Shown here one piece after another: positions 1 to 13,007 of a stretch of 64,000 nucleotides of DNA. The stretch comes from Neocallimastix sp. 'constans' (Eukaryota): the NCBI GenBank assembly GCA_050613775.1, contig JBODTK010000014.1:62001-126000 (forward strand), given 5' to 3'. Position 1 is the first letter of the stretch. Each line of letters begins with the position of its first letter. Below the pieces are notes generated by a model. It saw nothing but the letters and a program-made list of their open reading frames with translations, was not told where the DNA came from and made no database searches. The translations under genes were made by a program, and so were the position numbers.

Positions 1-1377
1 ATTAATTATTAATTTATTTTATTTATTCTTTCTATATAATTTTAATAATTAATATTGTGGAGCATATTGTTATCCGTATATCCAATAATATGATGACATA
101 AGAGACCTTATTAAATATTTTTTTATTTTTATTTTTTTTTTTTTTTTATATATATATTTATATGAAAAGTTCCCAAATAACCTTAAAAATATAATTAATG
201 CAATAACAGATAATTAATATAATTAATTTGAATTTAGTTCAATGGCTAAACTAATTCCTTTCAAATTAACGCAGAATATTGAATAATTATTATGCATATC
301 TACACATAATATTTATAAAAAAAAAAAAAAAAAAGATTAATTCATTTAATAATCATGTGATAATGATATTAATATTAATAATGAATATAATAATAATAAT
401 AATTAATATATTATAAAATTTTTATATATTTAAATATTTAAATATTTATAAATTTTTTATTTCACCATTACTATAAATGTTAGTTTCACTATAGGTTATA
501 AAAAGTAGTATGATACAGTATAATAGAATTAGCTATAATTTATTTTATTTAATTATTTATTATTAAAATATTTCAGTATTAATAATATAATAAAAGTAGA
601 TAGATATATAAGTGAATATATTAATAAATTAATAAATACATAAATTAATAAATTAAAAAATATATAAATAAATATATAAATAAATACATAAATCATTTCT
701 TTTCAATTTTTATAATTAAAGTATTTTAATTAATATATATTATTCCAAATAGAATTAAATATATATTCAAATATATTTTAATATATTATTTAAATTAAAT
801 ATAAAATAAAAAGATGTTTTAGTTTTGTAACTTTTTTTTTTTCTTTTTTTTTTATCAAAGACTTAACAAAAAATTTAAAAAAAAGTATTAAATTTACAAT
901 AATATCTAATTTTTAATATTTAATTTTTATTTTTATTTTATTTTTTTCTATTCTAAATTTTTCAGATGTTAATATTTAATTATTAAGTTAAAATTCTGAA
1001 AAGAAAAAAAAAAAAATAGGATAAAAATAAAAAAGGAAGTTAAAAGTTCTCTTCATCTAAATAAAAAGATTCTATAAAATATTTTTTTTAAATTTTATTA
1101 CTATTATTTTCAACATTTTTTTTTTTTTTAAGCAAAATTAAAAAAAAAAAAAAGTTACTATTGATATTTTTATCAATTTTTATCATTAAAATAAATTATT
1201 ATTAATTCACATAAATATTTTATTTCAATTTTAATTTTAATAAAATTTAAAAAAAGATCATATATTATCAAATCGAATAATATATTAAAGTTATAATATA
1301 TATATTTTTTTATACTCAGTTTTTTTTAACACAATATCAATTATAATTTTTATATTTGAATAAAGACTTTACAATAT

Positions 1378-1424
<47 letters not shown>

Positions 1425-1599
1425 GAAAAGAAAAAACTTTTATAATTTTATAAATTATTATTGTTAATTTAATATTTTTTTAAAAAATTAAAACATCAGT
1501 TTATCAAGTAGGATATTTAAATAATAATAAAAAGAATCTTTTATAATATTTTCCTTTGAATATAAATTTATATATAAAAATAAAATAATATAAAACAAA

Positions 1600-2918
1600 A
1601 TGTATCAAAATATTATTATAATAGCGATTTCTTTATTAGCTGATTTCTATTACTACTTTACATATACTAATAAATTAGTTAGTGATTTTTATAAAGTATA
1701 TGTAAAAGATAGTGAAAAAGTATTTGTAAAAAAGTGTACTTTAAAAAATGATAAAGATGAAGAAGTGGAGACTGAATTATATATTGATTCTGTTAATGAA
1801 ACAGAAACATTGTTAAAAATATCAGAAGGTAGTACTCCTTCCACTTCAAATAATAATAATAAGAGAAAATATAATTCAGCTGAAATTATGACTTTATTAT
1901 GGTATGGTAATGGTGATTTAATTAAAAATGGAAAATGTTTTAATAAAGGTATATATTATATACAAATTATATATATGTATGAATATTTGTAAAAAAATTA
2001 AAATATTATTTAAAAAGTGTGATACATTTTATAAATAATTCTAATAAATAATTATTAAAAAATTATAATAGATTTCACAGTTCTTCTTGTTCTTGTAATA
2101 ATTTCAGATTTAAATAGAGAAGGCGTAATTGATTTTGCGTATGTTATCAAATAATAAATTATTGATTATAATAATAAATAATTAATAAATATTATTCTCT
2201 GTTAAATTTTTTTTAATAACATTTAATATATAAATTTACATATATAAATATATATATATATATATTTTTTTTAATTTTTAATAATTATATATAACATATT
2301 ATATAAAAATTTTTTTTATCATAATATTATATAATAAAATTTAGTAAATATAATAATAATGATAAGCCTATACTATTATGTATGGATAAAAGAAAATCAG
2401 GAATTTCGTATTATGATTTATGTATTGACTTATTTGAAGAAAAAAACAATATTCCATTACATGTATTTGTTAATAAAGCTGTGCTTTATGGTCTTCAATT
2501 AAGAAATATGGTTATTGAAGATTTAGAAAAAAAAGGATTAGCTGAAAGAGTTGTTAAGGAATATTTTAAAGGAAAAGTAAAATGTAATTACTGGGTATTA
2601 CATATGCCAATTGAATGTCAAGGATGGTTTAGAGATTATGTATTTAAAGACTTTAGAAATGATGTATCTATTAAAACATTAATTGATTTAATGATTCTTT
2701 CCTCGGAAATCCTTTATCAAAAGGATAGATTATTTAAAAATATATTTGGTAAAAATGAATTTTATTATATGAAAAAGAAGTTTACTGAAGGTATAGATTT
2801 ACCTTCTGTGTATGTTATTAGTGATGAAAATATTTCAAAGGAAAATAAAGGTTTTGATAAAATAAATGGTAAACCAATAGACGCTGAAACAGATATAACT
2901 ATTGGAAATGATATTTAA
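1600..2918 (+). CDS. Divergent GPP34/GOLPH3/Vps74-like protein with hydrophobic N-terminus; 3 exons (1600-1948, 2072-2138, 2345-2918)
   Basis: GT..AG introns join ORF 1600 and ORF 2382 in frame via a short middle exon (DFTVLLVLVIISDLNREGVIDF). Spliced product reads SAEIMTLLW..LLVLVIISDLNREGVI..DKRKSGISYYDLCIDLF..LQLRNMVIEDLEKKGLAERVVKEYF, resembling the GPP34 pattern (AEELLLL..AGAVLAELALRGRI..PTGDPLLDEAL..LRERVLERLVEKG). Assignment by eye only. Confidence 0.55.
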
Positions 2919-3940
2919 ATTATTTAAAAATAAAAAAAAAAAAATATGAAAGCAAATCAATCAACCATCAGACAAACTTCAAAATATAAAAATTAAAAAA
3001 AAAAAAAAAATTTTGATTAAAATAATTTCATTGAAAAATATATATATATATACTAGTTATGTTTTTTTTTTTTTTTTTTTTTTTTTGAATATATATATAT
3101 ATATAAGGTATTAAAATAGAACTATTTATTATATATTAATAGTTAAATAGTTATATTTAATTAAATAATAATATAGTATTTATAATATATTCATTTATTA
3201 TTATTATTTTTTGATTCTTATTATTTTATTTAATTTTCTTTTTTTTATATATATATATTTATATTTTTTTTTCTTTTTTTTTTTTAAAAAAAAAAAAAAA
3301 GAAATAGTATATTAATTATTATTCAAAAAGTATATTTCTAATAATCATCGTTATTAAATATTTATTTAAAAATAAGTTAATATAAATTATTAATACTAAT
3401 TAATTTTCAAACTACCTCTTATTTTATTCATAAAGTATTTATATAAAATTTTTTTTGAAAAAAAAAAAAGTATATGTATTTTATATATACTAAATATTAT
3501 CATACATTTGTTTATCGTATATTTATATACATATACATATACTTTATGTATTTAAAATATTTAAATACAAAAAGTATATAATAATTTAAAAAAAAAAAAA
3601 TAATAATAAAAATAAAACAATAAAACAATAAAACAATAAAAAAAAAAAAAAAAAAAAAAATGATAAAATCATATCATTAGATTAATATTAAATATGTATT
3701 TTTTTAATTACAATAAAATATATTTTGTTATGAAATATTATATAAAGATGGTATTTATACGTAATTTTATTTAGTAATAATGAATGAAAATCATAATATT
3801 TTTATTTTAAATTGTATTTCGAATATCTTTTCTTTGATTTATATATTAGCATCATTATGTAACTAATACACATATAAAAAAATTAAATTGGAATTTAATA
3901 ATATTTATTTTAATTTTTATTATAATATTGATATATATAA

Positions 3941-4113
3941 TGTTAAAATATAGTAAATAAAATTATACATTATGCTTTATTATAAAATAAAATTAATATA
4001 AAATACATGTAATAATTATTATTTAGAAAATGATTCTTCTTTATTAATAAAATATTATTAAATAAATAAAATATATAATATAAAATAATTAATCTGAGCT
4101 TCACTCATTGACA
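3941..4113 (+). repeat. 5' LTR of Copia element
   Basis: TGTTAAAATATAG...CTCATTGACA, identical to 8784-8956. Confidence 0.95.
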
Positions 4114-4129
4114 GATTAAGAGTCTCATG
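4114..4129 (+). promoter_or_regulatory. Primer binding site complementary to the anticodon arm of tRNA-Lys(CUU)
   Basis: GATTAAGAGTCTCATG directly abuts the LTR; its reverse complement CATGAGACTCTTAATC matches positions ~25-40 of eukaryotic tRNA-Lys(CUU) as I recall the metazoan sequence. Confidence 0.8.
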
Positions 4130-4292
4130 AAAGAGACCATAAATATATTTATATAATATTATATTTTAAAAAATTACTATATTCAAATTTAAATTTATTT
4201 TATAAAATAAATAAATATATAATTAATTTATTAAATAATTAAATATAAAAGTAAATAAATAAAATTTTATTAAAAATTTGATGTTTAAAATC

Positions 4293-7200
4293 ATGGGAAG
4301 AAAAAGAACTCAAGAAACAGAAATCTCCGAAGTTAGTTCCACTTCCTCTTCATCAACCCCTACTGTGAATAAAAATGAAAACATTAATAAAGATGAGGAT
4401 AATGTTCCTCAAAATGAAATTTTAATTCAAAATTATGTCTATAAAGATTTATTAATTAAATCTGTATTAATTACAAAGATTTTAAATTAAATACCTCAAA
4501 TTTTGAAGATTGGTTTATTGAATTAAAACGTCATCTAATTGCACAAGATTACGACGAATATATTGAAAAAGAATTTGTGTATGATGACATGACTAGAAAG
4601 CAAATAAAATATGATAACGCAGTTCAATCAATAATATCTGGTAGCTTAGACTTAGAAACAAAGGCTTATCTAAAAGGTTGTAGGACTGCATATCAAATGA
4701 TTGATAGACTTAAAAAACAATTCTACAAATCAGGAGAATCCTTATTAAATTTATTAATGCAAAAAATCAAAATTTTAGAAATTAATAATAACAATTATAT
4801 TCTATATCTCAATGAACTAAAAAATCTATTTGAACAATATGATATAGAATGTGTTAAACTAAATAAAAACAAACTAACTGAAGAAAGTAAAATTATCTAT
4901 GCTTGCGCTAAATTAAAAAACATTGGATTTAATTTTACATTAACTTACAAATATAAAAAATTCAATGAACTTTATGATGATTTGCAAAAAATGAGAAATC
5001 ATGAAGAAAGAACCAACAATTATCTAAACACTCAAATTAATAATAATAATGAAAATAATAATGAAAATAATAAAATTAATTATATTTCAAATAATAGCAA
5101 GCAAACTATATACAAAAATAATAATAATCAAAATAAACCTAATAATTCAAGAAATAAAAACAATAAAAATATAAAAAGCAAACACTATCTCCTATGTAAA
5201 AAAGATGGTCATATTATAGAAGAATGTTATTATAATCCATTCAATAAAAATAATAAAAATAAAAATACAATAAATAAATATAATAATAATAAAAATAATA
5301 TTAACAACAAAAATAAATTTCACTCTTATAAGATAAATGAAAATAATTCAGAGTATTCATCAGACACAAATGATGATTACATTAACTTTACCGGAAATAT
5401 ATCTGTATTAAAAAAACAATATTAAATGTAACAATTTAAAAACAAATAATAAATATACAACATGGATTATAGATAGTAGTACAGGATTAAATTTAACCAA
5501 CAACATAAACCAACTAAATAATATTCAAAATTCTAATGATAAAACAATAATTTATCCAAATGGTACCACTGATAAAATAAATTGTTCTGGTACATATTAT
5601 GGAAGTTTCAAGAATAATAAATTCAAATTATCAAATGTTCATTTTGCACCAAACATTAAAAACAATCTAATCTCAACACATCATATCTTAAGTCTTGGTA
5701 ATAAAATAATTATGGAAAATATCAATAAAAAAGATAGATTACAAATAATTAATAAAGATAATAATATAATCGCCAATATTTATGCAAATGATGAAAATTT
5801 ATTTACGTTTAATACTATTTCAAATATCAATAATATTAATGTTGATATTCAAAGTAATAATTATGACAATTATTCAAAATTTAATATTCACAATGTAGAT
5901 TATTCACTTTGGCATTCAAGGTTAGGACATTTCAATAATTATAACAATATTAAAGAATTTATTATTAAGCATACTTCTTTTCACAATAAAAAAGAATGTC
6001 CTAAATGCAAAATCAGTAAATTGAGGAGAAAACCTTTTTCTGCTTCTGATTCTTTCACAACTGAACCTTTAGAATTGGTTCACACTGATGTTGTGGGTAA
6101 ACTAGAAACTTTATTTCAAGGATATAACTACTACCTAACTTTTCTAGATGATTTTTCTCGCAAATGTTGGATTTATCTTTTAAAAAATAAATCAGATGTC
6201 TATGATAAATTTGTTGAATTTTATAAATTAACTTCGAACTTATATAATATTCAAATTAAAACTTTTAAATCTGATAATGGAACTGAATACATAAATAAAA
6301 ATGTTATTTCGTTTTTAAATAATCACGGAATTAAATTTATTCACTCTATTCCTGGATATCCCCAACAAAATGGTCGTGCTGAACGGTTATATCAAACAAT
6401 AAATAATTGTGCTAAAACACTTTTAAATTCTGCTAAATTACCTCTTTATTTTTGGGATTCTGCCGTTCAATGTGCTGCCTTCTTATATAATTCAAATCCT
6501 CATTCTAGTATTAATTTTAAAATTCCTAATGAACTATTCTTTAATAAACCTGTTGATATTTCTCATTTTAAAGTATTCGGTTGAAAAGCATTTTTCTTTA
6601 ATAACCATAAAACAAATAAATTTGAAAATAATTCGAAACAAGGTATTTTTCTTGGTTATCCTGAAAATTCTTCTGGGTACCGAATTTTAGATATTTCTAC
6701 AAACTCTATCATTACTGCTAGAGATGTTTATTTCATGGAAGATATTCCTGGTACTATTGACACTTCCTTTTTCTCATCGAAAACTATTGATTCTTTATTC
6801 ATTTACTCAAATTTATCGATTGAGGGGGAAAGTGCAAATATACAATCGACAAATTCTAATATCAATAATAATAATAATGATAATAATAATATCAATAATA
6901 ATAATAATGATAATAATAATATCAATAATAATAATAATATCAATTATAATAATAACAATATTGATGATAATAACAATATAAACAATAATATAAAAAATAT
7001 TAACAATTTTTCAGATAGCGATATTAATAAAAAAAGAAGAATTCAAGATGATGAAGACTCAGGTGATGAATCAGACACCCAAACATTAAATATAAGAAAA
7101 GAAATATTATCCAAAAATAAAAACATTAATAAAAAACATAAAATTTTCAATATTATGACACAATGTCCAAGTACATATGAAGAAGCTATGATTTCAAAAG

Positions 7201-8678
7201 ATTCAAAAGAATGGAACATAGCTATAAAAAATGAAATTAAAAATATGTATGATAAAAATGTAATGATGGTAGTCAATATTAAAGATATACCAAAAAATAC
7301 AAATATTATAGATACAAGATGGATTTTAACAATAAAAAATGATAATACTAAAAAAGCCCGATTAGTAGCAAAAGGTTGTCAGCAAAAGGAAGGTGAAGAT
7401 TTTATTTCAACATATTCACCTACAGCACAATCTGATAGTTTAAGAATTACCATCGCAATAGCTTCAATAAATAAATGGAATTTAAAACAATTAGACATAA
7501 AAGCGGCATATTTAAATGCTGACCTTAATGAAACAATTTATGTTAAAATTCCAAAAGGAGAAAAAAATTATAATAAAAATAAAGTATGGTTGCTGAAAAA
7601 AGCACTATATGGTTTAAAACAGGCTGGGCGTATGTGGAATGAAGAAATCACTAATTATTTAAAGTCAATCGGCTTTAAACAATATAAATCAGACAAATGC
7701 TTATTTGGAAAATATAATAAAGGAAATAAATTAATAGGGTTATTAACATTATACGTTGATGACATTTTAATAACTGGTGAAGATTATGAAATCAAAAGTA
7801 TAATTAAAAAATTAAAAAATAAATATACAATTTCAAAAGAATCTGATGCCAGAAAAATTATTGGAATAAATATTTATAAAACTAAAGATGGTTATAAAAT
7901 AAATCAAGAAGATTATATAAATAAAATTATTAATAATTATAATATGAATAAAACTAAAATAATAAAATATCCATGTAGAAAAATTTCAAATGAAGAAAGA
8001 AAAAATGCAAAGCCTGTAGATATTGGAAAATATAAATCACTTTTAGGTTCATTATTATATATTGCAATAAAATCTAGACCAGACATTACATATGCAGTTA
8101 ACCAAGCATCAAGAAATTGTGAACATCCAACAACTATAGACTATAAAGCATTGCTACTGATATTACAATATTTAAAATCTACAATAAATAAATCAATATA
8201 TTATAATGGAAAAAATAGATTAGTTGGATTTTCAGATGCTGATTACGCTAATGATGAAGCCACTAGAAGATCTATAAGTGGATATATATTCTTACTTGGA
8301 AATAGTCCAATTTCCTGGAAATCACAAATTCAAAGAAATGTTACATTATCAACAGCTGAAGCTGAATTTGTTAGTCTTACTGAATGCGCAAAACATGTTA
8401 TATGGTTAAAAAATTTATTCGAAGTAATAACTATTAAGAATGTCTTAATAAAAATAAAAGTAGATAATAAAGCTTGTATAGCAATAGTTGAAGATGAAAA
8501 TACTAAAGGTAGATGCAAACATATTGATACTAGATATAAATTTATTCAAGAAAAAATAAAAGAAAAGAATATAAAATTAGAATATATTAGCATAAATGAT
8601 ATGTTAGCTGATCCTTTAACAAAACCAGTATCCGGTATTAACATTAAGAAATTTAACGATATAATTTTTGATAATTAA
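4293..8678 (+). pseudogene. Disrupted Copia gag-pol polyprotein
   Basis: Gag (KLNTSNFEDW; damaged knuckle YLLCKKDGHIIEEC), protease (WIIDSSTG), GAG-pre/integrase (LWHSRLGH, CPKC, LVHTDV, KSDNGTEY, QNGRAER), RT (KARLVAKG, QLDIKAAYLN, LYVDD), RNase H (FSDADYA, ADPLTK). Frameshifts near 4465 and 5410, in-frame TGA at 6582-6584. Confidence 0.93.
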
Positions 8679-8783
8679 AATATAATATAAAATAATTAAA
8701 AAAAAAAAAAATAAAATAAAATAAAATAAAATAAAAAATTAATAAAATAAAATAGTTCTAATAAAGACATAATGTAGGGGGAA

Positions 8784-8956
8784 TGTTAAAATATAGTAAA
8801 TAAAATTATACATTATGCTTTATTATAAAATAAAATTAATATAAAATACATGTAATAATTATTATTTAGAAAATGATTCTTCTTTATTAATAAAATATTA
8901 TTAAATAAATAAAATATATAATATAAAATAATTAATCTGAGCTTCACTCATTGACA
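8784..8956 (+). repeat. 3' LTR of Copia element
   Basis: Identical to 3941-4113 and preceded by the PPT. Confidence 0.95.
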
Positions 8957-8961
8957 TATAA

Positions 8962-10090
8962 TATATTAATTAATAAATTTGAAATATTATCTGTAATATA
9001 TCAAATATTATTGATATATTATAAGAGATGTTATAGATATATTAATATTAATGGTTTAATAATATTAAATACTTAGTTTTAGTTAGATGGAAATTATTAG
9101 GTTAAACAAATATATTTAAAAAAACTATTATAGTAATATTTAAATCGAATTAAAGAAATTAATACCATGTAACAATTATTTCATTCATGTAATATTAAAT
9201 GCCAATTTAGAATAGAAATAGTAAAGAATGTTAAGAGTATTAACTTGATATTATAAAATAGGCTACTTATATATATATATTCACCAGTAAACCAATTTAC
9301 TCATTATAGAATAACTAGGTTTAAGGGGGAATGTTAGAATTGGTGAATATAAATGAAAAATAAACTTCAAATGTATTGAAATATATTATAATATAATTAA
9401 TAAACAAGGGGTATAATATTAAAAGATAATATCTCAAATATTTAAGGAAGATATAATAGAATTGTAATTCCTTGGGTGAAATGGGTAGATTCTAACAATA
9501 ATAGTATTATTAAACCTAGAGTGAAATGAATTTAAATAATAATAACTAATTTAATATAATCACAATACTAACCCTCGTGATAAAAGGTAAAATAAAATAA
9601 TAAATATAACTATCAGTGAGTTATATAAAGATAGATGATGTTTACCCATCTACAAACTATACTTATTAATTAAAAGATATTCAAGAAGTGATAATTATTA
9701 AATTTTAATTATTAATATTTTAATGTTGAGAAAATTCAAATATATGAAATCCTTTTAGAAATTTGGATTTTAGAGGGAGGGGGGGGAGGAAATAGGCAAC
9801 ATAAAATAAAAATCATAAAATATTAAAGGAAAGTTACTTTTATTGCTAAAACTGAAAAGTGATTAAAAAAAAAAAAAAGTTAATGCTAATCTTCAAAGTG
9901 AAACCAATTTACTTATTATAGAATAACTAAGTTTAAGGTGGAACGTTAGAATAGGTGAATATAAATGAAATATAAGCTTCAAATGTATTGAAACATATTG
10001 TAATATAAATAACGAACAAGTCACAATATAATGTAATAGTATAAAAACATTAAATTTAGAATAATTTTTATAATAACTCTTTGTGATAAA
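8962..10090 (+). mobile_element. Rearranged remnants of the non-autonomous LTR family seen intact at 46865-49033
   Basis: 9020-9330 aligns with ~48540-48837 (including CACCAGTAAACCAATTTA..GGTTTAAGGGGGAA); partial LTRs start at 9332 and ~9944; 9430-9900 aligns with ~47660-48390 with deletions. Confidence 0.8.
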
Positions 10091-10111
10091 AAAAAATATT
10101 AATAGAATTGA

Positions 10112-10183
<72 letters not shown>

Positions 10184-10341
10184 AAATTAGTAATTAAGGA
10201 GTGTTGCATTTCGGAAAATGTGGCTTTATAAAATTTTAATAAATAAATAAATAATTTTAATAAATAATGTCAATTTAGGTAAAAGATTTTTTATTTTTGT
10301 TATTCTTAAAAAAAAACTAAAAAAAAAATAAAATATTCTTG

Positions 10342-10384
<43 letters not shown>

Positions 10385-10393
10385 ACAAACAAA

Positions 10394-10440
<47 letters not shown>

Positions 10441-10759
10441 ATATATAAATAATAATATTATAAGTATTAATTATTTACATAATTATATATGTTTATGTAT
10501 ATAGGGAGAGGTCCAAAACGCCAATTTTTTTCACGTGATATATCAAATTTTGAGGCTTTTTAAATTAATAGTTATATGATACTATTTTGTTGTATTATTA
10601 ATTTGTAATTTTTTTCTTAAAATTTATTAAGTGAATAATTAAATAAATTATAATGGTTAGATAAAAATAAATATTTTTTTACAAAAAAAAAAAAATTAAA
10701 ATAAAATATTCAAACAATTAAAAGGTTTAATATTCAAACAATTAAAAGGTTTATTTTAA

Positions 10760-12680
10760 AAAAAAATATATTAATAAAATACTTTAACAATTATATAGAT
10801 TTATTTATTTAAAAAATATTAATAAAATATTTAAACAACTATTAATAAAATACTTTAGCAATTATATAGATTTATTTATTTAAACAACTATTAATAAAAT
10901 ATTTTAGCAATTATATAGATTTATTTATTTAAAAAATATTAATAAAATATTTAAACAACTATTAATAAAATATTTTAGCAATTATATAGATTTATTTATT
11001 TAAAAAAAATATTAATAAAATACTTTAACAATTATATAGATTTATTTATTTAAAAAAAAAATATTAATAAAATACTTTAACAATTATATAGATTTATTTA
11101 TTTAAAAAAAAATATTAATAAAATACTTTAACAATTATATAGATTTATTTATTTAAAAAATATTAATAAAATATTTAAACAACTATTAATAAAATACTTT
11201 AGCAATTATATAGATTTATTTATTTAAAAAAAATATTAATAAAATACTTTAGCAATTATATAGATTTATTTATTTAAAAAAATATTAATAAAATACTTTA
11301 ACAATTATATAGATTTATTTATTTAAAAAAAATATTAATAAAATATTTTAGCAATTATATAGATTTATTTATTTAAAAAATATTAATAAAATATTTAAAC
11401 AACTATTAATAAAATATTTTAGCAATTATATAGATTTATTTATTTAAAAAAAATATTATTAAAATACTTTAACAATTATATAGATTTATTTATTTAAAAA
11501 AAAAATATTAATAAAATACTTTAACAATTATATAGATTTATTTATTTAAAAAAAAATATTAATAAAATACTTTAACAATTATATAGATTTATTTATTTAA
11601 AAAATATTAATAAAATATTTAAACAACTATTAATAAAATACTTTAGCAATTATATAGATTTATTTATTTAAAAAAAATATTAATAAAATACTTTAGCAAT
11701 TATATAGATTTATTTATTTAAAAAAAATATTAATAAAATACTTTAACAATTATATAGATTTATTTATTTAAAAAATATTAATAAAATATTTTAACAATTA
11801 TATAGATTTATTTATTTAAAAAAAATATTAATAAAATACTTTAACAATTATATAGATTTATTTATTTAAAAAATATTAATAAAATATTTAAACAACTATT
11901 AATAAAATATTTTAGCAATTATATAGATTTATTTATTTAAAAAAAATATTAATAAAATACTTTAACAATTATATAGATTTATTTATTTAAAAAAAAATAT
12001 TAATAAAATACTTTAACAATTATATAGATTTATTTATTTAAAAAAAAATATTAATAAAATACTTTAACAATTATATAGATTTATTATTTATTTATTTAAA
12101 AAATATTAATAAAATATTTAAACAACTATTAATAAAATAATTTAGCAATTAATATAGATTTATTTATTTAAAAAAAATATTAATAAAATACTTTAGCAAT
12201 TATATAGATTTATTTATTTAAAAAAAATATTAATAAAATACTTTAGCAATTATATAGATTTATTTATTTAAAAAAAAATATTAATAAAATACTTTAACAA
12301 TTATATAGATTTATTTATTTAAAAAAAAATATTAATAAAATACTTTAACAATTATATAGATTTATTTATTTAAAAAAAAATATTAATAAAATACTTTAAC
12401 AATTATATAGATTTATTTATTTAAAAAAAAATATTAATAAAATACTTTAACAATTATATAGATTTATTTATTTAAAAAAAAATATTAATAAAATACTTTA
12501 ACAATTATATAGATTTATTTATTTAAAAAATATTAATAAAATATTTTAACAATTATATAGATTTATTTATTTAAAAAAAAATATTAATAAAATACTTTAA
12601 CAATTATATAGATTTATTTATTTAAAAAAAAAAATTAATAAAATATTTAAACAATTATTAATAAAATTAATTATAAACAT
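10760..12680. repeat. Subterminal minisatellite of the MULE (~47-50 bp unit with a ~70 bp variant, roughly 35 copies)
   Basis: Tandem A(n)TATTAATAAAATACTTTAACAATTATATAGATTTATTTATTT units. Confidence 0.95.
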
Positions 12681-13007
12681 TAATAATAAAATATAAAAAT
12701 ATAAAAATATAAAAATATATTATTGATATTAATAATAAAGTATAAAAATATAGGATTATTTATTTTAAAAAAAATATTAATAAAATATTTAAACAATTAT
12801 TAATAAAATAAATTATAATAATAAAATTATAGAATATTTATTTAAACTACATAAATTTTATCAAGTATATAAACATTTTAACTTTTTAATAATTATAAAA
12901 TTTTAATTAATAAATTTAATTATAAGTTTTTGTATGAAAGAATTTTAATGATTTTTTCTTTTGGAAATTCCTCTGTCATTTCATAATTATTTATTATTAA
13001 ATAATAT

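Larger units (their letters stand above)
3941..8956 (+). mobile_element. Full-length Ty1/Copia LTR retrotransposon (5016 bp)
   Basis: Identical 173-bp TG..CA LTRs (3941-4113, 8784-8956); 5-bp TSD TATAA (3936-3940, 8957-8961); PBS at 4114; PPT AGGGGGAA 8776-8783; gag-PR-IN-RT-RH order. Confidence 0.97.

Noticed and set aside
5405..5425. Programmed gag-pol frameshift at TTAAAAAAAC
   Set aside because: The related element at 51257-51562 reads through this junction in one frame; a single-base indel or homopolymer error is simpler.
6582..6584. TGA recoding or alternative genetic code
   Set aside because: In-frame stops occur only in decayed elements and include TAG and TAA; intact genes translate cleanly with the standard code.
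10531..10538. TCACGTGA as a centromeric CDEI or Cbf1 site
   Set aside because: It is part of the MULE subterminal sequence (also at ~34013) and there is no other point-centromere evidence.
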